Positions 56,961-64,000 of a DNA stretch of 64,000 nt are shown here, one piece after another. Made by a program: the position numbers and the translations under genes. The stretch's first letter is position 1. Each line of letters starts with the position of its first letter. This DNA is from a virus, in the IMG/VR virus record IMGVR_UViG_3300027896_000023, positions 20,166 to 84,165 of that record. The stretch is one strand, 5' to 3'. The notes below the pieces were generated by a model. It did not search any database. It was not told the origin of the DNA and saw nothing but the letters and a program-made list of their open reading frames with translations.

Positions 56961-57971
56961 CTATACACCTAAGATTACGTCAACTGCTTGTTTAGCTAAT
57001 ATGTTTTCGTCGTGGTTTTCTTTTACGATGTTCTGCACCTGTAGACTGATCTTCTGTTTCTGCTTCAAAGGTAAGTTACCCCATTCAATCATCATGTCAA
57101 CGAGTTCACGTTGAGTTGTAAACAATGATTGAGATGGGTAGATATGGTCTGCACCTAACCATCGGTGCACAAAAGGCATAGCGCCATAAGACATAGCTTC
57201 CAATGTTGATAGGTGATAGCCTTCCTGCATACTATTGCTGATTACTGCGTCCATACCTCCAAGAAAATGCTGCCACTGGGCATCATCCATGTGGTCGTAG
57301 AAGAACAGATGACCTTCAAGAATTGGGTTTGAATCTTCAAGTTCGTAGATGAACTTTACATATTCGTTTGCTTCTGCCTGGCGGAAACTGCTGCCGACGT
57401 CTATACCGCGAATATGCAGCATCCAAGCTTTGTCTGGTGAATGCCTCAAAAGATCAATGAAAGATTCAATTGTGGTGTACAACCGTTTTCTGGGCAACGG
57501 AGTTGCAGCAGTTAAAGCAATATTGAAACCGAAAACTTCTTTTCGCTTAGCAGTTGGCGCTACATTTACTCCTAAGTTTATGGTGTTTTCGCTTGCACTC
57601 TTCACTTTTGTTTCTTCAGCCATTCTTTTCCAGCGAAGCATTTGAGGCGCAGACGTAATCAAGTGTACACCTGGCCAATTTATCCGCGTAATTGCAGGAT
57701 CATACACTTCTATTCCATGCAGCCTAGCAGTGATTCTGCAGTTTGCACTGGACAATGACGACGCCCATGTTAATGGAGTATGAAGAAAATCGAAGAAGGC
57801 GTAATCAGCCCAATGCAACAGATCAAGGGCAGCTGTGTAGTTGTAAGCATCATTGTTGGTACACGGAATCTGTTTCACTATCGTGTTTCTATTAGATAAT
57901 TCACGAAGTATAGGCCCGATAAAACTGTTGTTTTGCCAGGCGAAAACTGCAACCTTCTTATGTTCTGACAT
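56961..57971 (-). CDS. GT-B glycosyltransferase (GT4-like)
   Basis: RLHGIE, SNS..EGYHLSTLEAMSYG..P. Confidence 0.85.
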   Translation of the reverse strand: MSEHKKVAVFAWQNNSFIGPILRELSNRNTIVKQIPCTNNDAYNYTAALDLLHWADYAFFDFLHTPLTWASSLSSANCRITARLHGIEVYDPAITRINWPGVHLITSAPQMLRWKRMAEETKVKSASENTINLGVNVAPTAKRKEVFGFNIALTAATPLPRKRLYTTIESFIDLLRHSPDKAWMLHIRGIDVGSSFRQAEANEYVKFIYELEDSNPILEGHLFFYDHMDDAQWQHFLGGMDAVISNSMQEGYHLSTLEAMSYGAMPFVHRWLGADHIYPSQSLFTTQRELVDMMIEWGNLPLKQKQKISLQVQNIVKENHDENILAKQAVDVILGV

Positions 57972-58089
57972 TCACGTTTCCTCGTAAACCGTATAGCGTA
58001 TTTCTGAGAGTATTAATATAACTTGTGGGTTCTATTTTCGAACCCAAAATCTTTTTAACTAATCAACAATAAATGAAACTGGGATAATT

Positions 58090-58410
58090 ATGCCAACCAT
58101 AAAACGTTTCTGTAGTAAATGCGGATGCCAAACTGACCAAACAGTTGAAGACCTTGTTGTGCCAATGGCGCAGCCAGTACCAATTAACGGATCAGTAGAC
58201 CTGACAGGAGGCTTCTACAAAGGTCCAGGTGCAGGAAACGCACCGCCAGAAGGCAGAGTAATGAACACAATGCCGTACACCAAGATCTACAAATGTATGA
58301 GATGTGGCAGCAACGTGACAGCGATCGGAGACGACAACAATGGAGTGGGCGGACAGGACGATTTTTCATTGTTAGCTCGAGGCGTTGACTGGAAAGATCC
58401 CGGGCAATAA
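58090..58410 (+). CDS. Zinc-ribbon protein, divergently transcribed
   Basis: CSKC...CMRC; TTTTTAA promoter upstream. Confidence 0.65.
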   Translation: MPTIKRFCSKCGCQTDQTVEDLVVPMAQPVPINGSVDLTGGFYKGPGAGNAPPEGRVMNTMPYTKIYKCMRCGSNVTAIGDDNNGVGGQDDFSLLARGVDWKDPGQ

Positions 58411-58436
58411 CCACGTTTGCCATTTGGCACACATGG
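58411..58436. promoter_or_regulatory. 26-bp palindromic site, copy 3, filling a convergent intergenic gap
   Basis: CCACGTTTGCCATTTGGCACACATGG. Confidence 0.6.
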
Positions 58437-59186
58437 TTAACCAAAATTCGGGTAGATGTAGACTCGGCGAACTTTCTTCGGGAACAATTCATCGCGCATA
58501 GCAACAAGACGCGCTTCATATTTTTTGTAGAGTGCACTCCAGGGGCCTTTATCCAAGTTCAGGTTTATATTTTCTCTTGAAGCACGCTGCTCGAGGGCGC
58601 CCATTGCCGCTTTTTTTCCGACCCATTCACGTAGTAGTGCACGGTCAATATTCATGCCGTATTCATATGTCATTTTGATTCTGCCGGGTCCAGGATAAGG
58701 CACGTTGCTGTAGATTACTATGGCTGATCCTGTTTGTTCTTTGAGTCGTGTGGATCTGCTAACAACGAAGTGAGTGCCACTGCCCGGTCCTTCTTTCACT
58801 TCAAGCCATAGTGGATCTGACCCTGGTGTGCCGCCGTTGTTGAAAAACAAGTGGATAACTCGTAGGATGTTCACGTGTCCTGGTATGAAGGACTGGGTAA
58901 ACATGCCCGTGTACCACCATTGAAAACTCATCAGCTCGTAGCTGCTGTTCAGGATCTCGTCGGTTTGTACGTAGCGTCCCCATTCTTTACTGTCAACTTC
59001 TGCTTCTGCACCTTGTAATAAGCGAACGGCGCTGTCGACGTCTGGTGTGGTTTCTTCTGAGACTGAATATGTTAAGAAGTCTTTTTCGAATTCTTCCAGG
59101 GTGCAATATTTCGGTTTGTATTCTTGCTGTTGATAATGCGGGTTTACTCTGAAACTGGAAGAAATATTGATTGACCCTATGGTCAT
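58437..59186 (-). CDS. Putative head-tail adaptor/connector protein
   Basis: YCTLEE..., A.AEVD, IKMTYEYG pattern typical of tailed-virus adaptors. Confidence 0.55.
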   Translation of the reverse strand: MTIGSINISSSFRVNPHYQQQEYKPKYCTLEEFEKDFLTYSVSEETTPDVDSAVRLLQGAEAEVDSKEWGRYVQTDEILNSSYELMSFQWWYTGMFTQSFIPGHVNILRVIHLFFNNGGTPGSDPLWLEVKEGPGSGTHFVVSRSTRLKEQTGSAIVIYSNVPYPGPGRIKMTYEYGMNIDRALLREWVGKKAAMGALEQRASRENINLNLDKGPWSALYKKYEARLVAMRDELFPKKVRRVYIYPNFG

Positions 59187-59434
59187 TGGATGCCCCCAGC
59201 CACCACAACTATCGAATCGTTAAGAAGCCCAGGAGTGGCGACTGTGGCTATATTTCCTGAATAACTAAATGAAACTGGTGACCAATCTGACATACGCAGG
59301 CCAACCATTCCTTTGATAACACTAAGCTGTGTTACTTTAAAACTGTCTCCTGATGTGACGATTACTTCAAGTCGAACATATTGCCCAACGATGGCAACTT
59401 GACTTTCGATTACAGTAGGAGACTGGGTAGTCAT
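59183..59434 (-). CDS. Small beta-rich putative virion protein
   Basis: ORF coupled to the adaptor gene. Confidence 0.6.
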   Translation of the reverse strand: MTTQSPTVIESQVAIVGQYVRLEVIVTSGDSFKVTQLSVIKGMVGLRMSDWSPVSFSYSGNIATVATPGLLNDSIVVVAGGIQ

Positions 59435-59446
59435 TTTGTTTCCTGC

Positions 59447-60184
59447 CTATACCACGTTAGCTGCGTTTTGAACGAGATCTAATTCTCTGTCGACCATTTC
59501 TAAGAGACGTTGCCTTTCCATTTCGTTCTCTTCTTTCTCAGCTAGTTCCAGAAGCCTGTTTACTTTTTGCATTCGTTCTGGAGGAGAAAGATTTTCTTTC
59601 ACAATTAGAGGGTCGTACTTGCCGATCAGCTGCATGTTCGCTATAGCGGTGCTACTCATGACGTCGCACATTGGGGATGGTCCGCCTTTCTCTTCAGGTT
59701 TCTTGTCCATTCCTTTGTGGTCTGCGTCGATGCGTTTCGCCTGCGCCTCTGTTGTCCAGGGGTGCTCGACTTTTTCTTGCTGCCATGATTTGTCTTTTGC
59801 ATCTTTCGATTCAGCTGCGGGATTAACCCAGTTTTGCTTGATTAACCGGGCATCTTCAGCCATCTTAGCCAGTTTCTTGTATGATTCGCCGATTGTGCTT
59901 GACCCTATGTCTTTGCCGTTTACTTTCAACTGCCCATCTTTGTCAACTGTAGTTTTTACCTTGGCGCCAGTTTCCTCATAAACCCATTCAATCGTGGATT
60001 CATGTGAGTCAGGATCAACTTTGGTGTTCACTTTCACCCAGCCTTTAGAAAGAAAAGCGTCGTCAACTGATTTGCAAACTGTCCAGCCAGCAGGTTCAGA
60101 CTTGATGACGTCAAGCCAAGCTGACTCAGGTAGAAGAATAAAAGTGCTGCCGCCGTACAGGTAAAGTTTGTGCTCTTGTTCCAA
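59447..60184 (-). CDS. Hypothetical protein
   Basis: 245-aa ORF; EHPW....A.RI..DH motif. Confidence 0.7.
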   Translation of the reverse strand: MEQEHKLYLYGGSTFILLPESAWLDVIKSEPAGWTVCKSVDDAFLSKGWVKVNTKVDPDSHESTIEWVYEETGAKVKTTVDKDGQLKVNGKDIGSSTIGESYKKLAKMAEDARLIKQNWVNPAAESKDAKDKSWQQEKVEHPWTTEAQAKRIDADHKGMDKKPEEKGGPSPMCDVMSSTAIANMQLIGKYDPLIVKENLSPPERMQKVNRLLELAEKEENEMERQRLLEMVDRELDLVQNAANVV

Positions 60185-60234
60185 GTAAATGTACCTTCTG
60201 AATAAGCTTTAGTAGACTCATGTTAAAAGTCTTA

Positions 60235-60663
60235 TCATTTAGCGTCAACCGAAAGATATTTTTTAGCTGTGTTGCGTCGTGTTTTTGCACTGTAGACACG
60301 ATCGAATAGTATCGCTAAGGCTTCGTCAACGATGGAGTTTAAGAAATCTGTTTTCAGATGTGGCACTGCATTAATCAATCCTTCCTGGAGGATTTCTTGT
60401 TGGATAATTATGCCGATTAAATCTTCTGTAAGCATGTTGATTATAGCTTCGGGCACTTCCGATTTTATGTAGGAAGCTGCTGCAGCTTTGGCTATTTGGT
60501 CGACGTAAACTTCAATGATGAAGCGATGTTCGTTTTCGCTGTCTAAGAAATAGCTTAAGGCATGAATCAGTTCACCGCTGCTTATAGGCAGGTACTGTTC
60601 TACAAAGCCCCGGCGACCAACGAATGTTTTGTAGTCCCCGAAGATCGTGATGTATGTTTCCAA
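60235..60663 (-). CDS. Hypothetical protein
   Basis: ORF after a TATA-like element. Confidence 0.65.
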   Translation of the reverse strand: METYITIFGDYKTFVGRRGFVEQYLPISSGELIHALSYFLDSENEHRFIIEVYVDQIAKAAAASYIKSEVPEAIINMLTEDLIGIIIQQEILQEGLINAVPHLKTDFLNSIVDEALAILFDRVYSAKTRRNTAKKYLSVDAK

Positions 60664-60717
60664 CAGTCAGCCCTAACGGTATTGGTTGGTGTTTCTATTA
60701 AAATTTAATGGTGTCCG

Positions 60718-61053
60718 CTATATAGCGAGATGAAAGACCAGGTAGGTTATGCCTGAAACGGTAAGGGCGCTTATTGCACCAATAGCTATTGGTCTGATAA
60801 TGTTGATCCAGCTTTTTTGAACTCGTTGTGATTCATTTAACTGGTCTATTTTTACCATAATTGTATGAATGATACCGCCGTTTAGGCCAGTGCAATCTTC
60901 TCCGAGTAAACCAAGTATTCCTTTTGCTAATGTACAGATCGCGTTTGTGTTTTTGTTGATTTCAGTAACGTATGGGCATAGTGGATTTTTGTACGCAACT
61001 TCGCAGTCTTTAGATTCGCCATCACAATCTCTATCTTTTATAGGTTTACTCAA
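60718..61053 (-). CDS. Coiled-coil protein with C-terminal TM helix
   Basis: Probable TTG start at 61053; hydrophobic C-terminus. Confidence 0.55.
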   Translation of the reverse strand: MSKPIKDRDCDGESKDCEVAYKNPLCPYVTEINKNTNAICTLAKGILGLLGEDCTGLNGGIIHTIMVKIDQLNESQRVQKSWINIIRPIAIGAISALTVSGITYLVFHLAI

Positions 61054-61129
61054 TGAAAGTCCCTGAAGTAGATTGTTAGTTGAACGTAATTTAAGCCTTC
61101 TTACGATACGATAAAAAAAGAAAGAGAAA

Positions 61130-61384
61130 TTATTTTTTCTTTGATGTTGGCGCAGGCGGTGTTGGTGCTGGCGGAGTCGGCACGGGCACTGGTGGTGTTT
61201 CTGCTTTAATGATTGCACCTAAGACCACAAGGATTATGCCAACGATGACTGCTACTGTTAATTCATAGTTCATGCTTTGCCAGTAGGTTAGGGCTGCAAT
61301 GACGATCGTGATAATTGCTACAACTGTAGCGCTGGGAACGCTTAGAGTTAGGTCGTAGGTTTTTTCGCTTAGTTTAAATTTCAT
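61130..61384 (-). CDS. Small 2-TM holin-like membrane protein with Pro-rich tail
   Basis: Two TM helices, basic C-terminus, AGGAG RBS. Confidence 0.65.
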   Translation of the reverse strand: MKFKLSEKTYDLTLSVPSATVVAIITIVIAALTYWQSMNYELTVAVIVGIILVVLGAIIKAETPPVPVPTPPAPTPPAPTSKKK

Positions 61385-61521
61385 TGTTTTTTCTCCTGGA
61401 CTGTACTATTATGCGTTATCTTCTTAAGTTTTCTGCCTGTTTTTTGGTTGAACGAAATATTTAAGTGGTACTTTAACTTAAACAGTTAGGTATACAGTAA
61501 AATATGTATGAGGTTATGTGA

Positions 61522-61794
61522 ATGACAACCGTGACAAGAACCCAAGTTCTCAAAGTGATACCGCACTTAACAAAGAACGATCGTGAATTTCATACACCTG
61601 AACTGGCAGAAGCATTAACAATTGAACTCGGCGCAGAAATCAAGTCTGACACAGCCCGGTACTGGGCTAACCAGCTTTGTTTACCGCCAGACGCAGTATT
61701 GGCACGCAGACCAATCAGTGCACGACTTTTTGTTTATAGTCTCCCAAAATCCAAGAACTTATCGGCTTCAGTAACTCTTCGAAAGAAGAATTAA
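61522..61794 (+). CDS. Winged-helix protein ending in one copy of the giant-protein repeat
   Basis: F.TPELAEAL...TARYW..L...R.FVY; C-terminal SKNLSASVTLRKKN. Confidence 0.7.
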   Translation: MTTVTRTQVLKVIPHLTKNDREFHTPELAEALTIELGAEIKSDTARYWANQLCLPPDAVLARRPISARLFVYSLPKSKNLSASVTLRKKN

Positions 61795-63905
61795 GGCGAA
61801 ACATAAAGGCACTGTATACCAGTGTAGTGACTGCCTTGTGCCCCAAATTGATTTGTGTTGGAAATTCTTGTAGGCACACCTGTTCCCTGATAAGCATACA
61901 CGTATGTACCAGTAGTGTAGTTCTCGTGGTATCGATAGCCTGTGCCAAAATAAAGAGTGTTGCCTGCTATAGCCATAGAAATAATTGCTTCAACATTTGA
62001 CGTAATTGTTACAAATGAAGATCCGTCGTATGATAGGAGTTTTCCCAAAGAAGGTGCTTCGGAGTTCCCTTGTGTTGCGCCGAGGTATAGTTTATTGTTT
62101 AGAACACCCAATGTGTATATCCAGTAAACATCGGTATTAGTTACAACTGAATCAAAATTTATTCCGTTTGTTGAATATCGAAGCTTTTGGTAACATGCGG
62201 CGTAAAGTTTGTTATTGTATACTTTGAGGTCATTAACACCGTAACTACTATTGTAGGTTCCGTCATATACCCATCCTTCATTGACGGATCTTCCGAATCT
62301 TTCACGGCTATAGTCAGCAAGATTTATCCAATTAGGAAACAGCGTACTTGTTGAGACAGCCCCGATTACGCCTAAAAATGATGACGCGGTAAATACAGGT
62401 GTCCATGTGGTTCCGCCGTCCAAACGCCACAGAGTTTTGCTTCTTGCAGCGTACAGTTTATCCTGGTATATTACGAAGGCATGTGTTTGATTTTCGTCAT
62501 TAGTAAGCATAGTCCATGTAAAATCGTTGTTGTATCTATAAGTGCCATAAGCGCCGCCAGCATACAAAACACCATGATACTGCACTATAGCAAAGATAGC
62601 GCCTGATGGTTCAATGCCTTCTGCAGGCCCTAATCTTTGCCAAGAAGTCCCATTGTTGTATCTCCAGACGTTGCCAGGTATAGAAGTGCCAGCGTACAAT
62701 ACCGGGGCAACTGGATTTATTATTACAGGATCGCCAACATAAACCACTGGTGCTTGAGAATTAATAGCTATACCACTTTTAGGCGGATAAGCACGGACAT
62801 TTAATCTTTGGGTTCCCACGGTTACGTGTTTTGACGTGTCAACATTAGAAAGGGCTACTGGTTTGTTTGGGTCGCCGTTTATGTAAGCTACTAAAAGGTT
62901 GTCTCCAGGTGTTGCGCCTAAACCTTCGACGCAGGGTACATTAGTTAGTCTCTGGCGTGGAGTAGTTACTGTAGCTTTGTTGGTTGTGCTGAGGCGTCCG
63001 GCAAACATTGGGGCATTAGCGTTACCGTTTTGGTGAACGAGAACCACTTGGTCACCTTCATTTAAAACTACACCTGTAGTCAATGGGTAATCTATGTAGG
63101 TAGGAGACTCAGATGTTCCTCCTTTGTAAACTCGTACAGCAACTCTTTGGTATGGTTGAGATGGCTTTTCAATGTGGAAGCTGCTGGGAAGGTTCTTGAG
63201 GCTTTGTTTGCCCCGAAAGAAACTTGAGTGTAAATCAACAGACCTTCTGTTTCGGACAGTGAATTTCTCAGATAGACGTGCTGAGAGTGAGGTACTGCGG
63301 AAGAAGACTTGTGGGTTTGGGCATTGTTCAAAGTAGTAAAAAAGTCCATCGCATGGAACTGCGTAGACTACTCCCGAACCAGTGTTATATGTTGTTTTAA
63401 GCGCAAGATTGTATCCGGCGCCAGTTCCCAGAAGTTGATAGCCTGAACCGGAAAAGCCTGTGCCATCCCAGGCTGTGGTGAGACTAGAGAATTCCGTCCA
63501 GAAAGGATCGCCACTCATGCCTGATGCAGGAACCATTGTGGCTACTCCGCTGATTTGTCCTGTCCACCTGAAGTTGAAAGCTGAGGTGAAGTCAAGTCCG
63601 TGTGGTGCTGGGTTGCCGTAATCGGTGTCGCCGCCGACGATCAGCATGTTGCCATGTTGAACCCAGCTGACTATACTGGATATTTCAGCTGAGGATAAAA
63701 CATGATGCTGCAGTCCACTTACTACAAAAATATTGTATGGCGCTAACAAGGCATCGTTTATGATCGGGTACTGCCCGCCATAAGCGCCGCCGTAAGTGGT
63801 GTTGATGCCTAACGCATTCATTCTTGTAACTACATTGTAAGGCGGTCGAAATGGTGCAGTATCAGATTGATAAATGCCTATGTATAATACCTTACCTGCA
63901 ACCAT
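61791..63905 (-). CDS. 704-aa putative virion protein: GATase-like/DUF4350-like N-domain, 3 repeat units, C-terminal beta-propeller
   Basis: LS.AEI..I.SWVQ.G..LIV.GD; repeats LSEKFTVR/LHSSFF/LPSSFHI; Y.G.LYA blades. Confidence 0.75.
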   Translation of the reverse strand: MVAGKVLYIGIYQSDTAPFRPPYNVVTRMNALGINTTYGGAYGGQYPIINDALLAPYNIFVVSGLQHHVLSSAEISSIVSWVQHGNMLIVGGDTDYGNPAPHGLDFTSAFNFRWTGQISGVATMVPASGMSGDPFWTEFSSLTTAWDGTGFSGSGYQLLGTGAGYNLALKTTYNTGSGVVYAVPCDGLFYYFEQCPNPQVFFRSTSLSARLSEKFTVRNRRSVDLHSSFFRGKQSLKNLPSSFHIEKPSQPYQRVAVRVYKGGTSESPTYIDYPLTTGVVLNEGDQVVLVHQNGNANAPMFAGRLSTTNKATVTTPRQRLTNVPCVEGLGATPGDNLLVAYINGDPNKPVALSNVDTSKHVTVGTQRLNVRAYPPKSGIAINSQAPVVYVGDPVIINPVAPVLYAGTSIPGNVWRYNNGTSWQRLGPAEGIEPSGAIFAIVQYHGVLYAGGAYGTYRYNNDFTWTMLTNDENQTHAFVIYQDKLYAARSKTLWRLDGGTTWTPVFTASSFLGVIGAVSTSTLFPNWINLADYSRERFGRSVNEGWVYDGTYNSSYGVNDLKVYNNKLYAACYQKLRYSTNGINFDSVVTNTDVYWIYTLGVLNNKLYLGATQGNSEAPSLGKLLSYDGSSFVTITSNVEAIISMAIAGNTLYFGTGYRYHENYTTGTYVYAYQGTGVPTRISNTNQFGAQGSHYTGIQCLYVSP

Positions 63906-64000
63906 TTTATCAGCTCGTAGATACTACTGTTCCAAGCATAGGGCTAGTTGTTTTTGTATTGTTTAATGTGCCGCCGCCTGACATTTTCTGGGCTTGGCTG

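Noticed and set aside
1-64000. Alternative genetic code or stop-codon readthrough
   Set aside because: Long genes are intact under the standard code and all three stop codons terminate genes

Overview
The window looks like part of a large archaeal virus (probably tailed) or a related extrachromosomal element. Evidence: TATA-type promoters, GGAGG/AGGTGA ribosome-binding sites, many small zinc-finger and RHH/wHTH genes, a head-tail adaptor-like gene and giant virion-type fibre proteins; no rRNA, tRNA or CRISPR was seen. Layout: ~380-1800 is non-coding (origin-like skew switch flanked by two divergent structured-RNA candidates, one of ~800 nt). ~1800-30940 is a + strand accessory arm (Ycf46-like AAA operon, Ku-like protein, ATP-dependent ligase, HerA-like ATPase, DUF5131, ASCH, many small ORFs). 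~30960-64000 is a - strand arm (DNA methyltransferases and nucleases, two giant 14-aa-repeat proteins, lectin-like proteins, glycosyltransferases, adaptor, holin-like genes). Most notable: (1) the large ornate ncRNA candidate; (2) a pervasive quasi-palindrome CTNCA-SS-TGNAG that alters protein sequences; (3) a TPD/C15orf41-like nuclease inserted in the ligase gene with a recoded duplicate 3' end; (4) three copies of a 26-bp parS-like palindrome, one inside a ParB-methyltransferase gene; (5) single copies of the giant-protein repeat appended to unrelated proteins. All family calls are from motif recognition by eye; no database searches were run.
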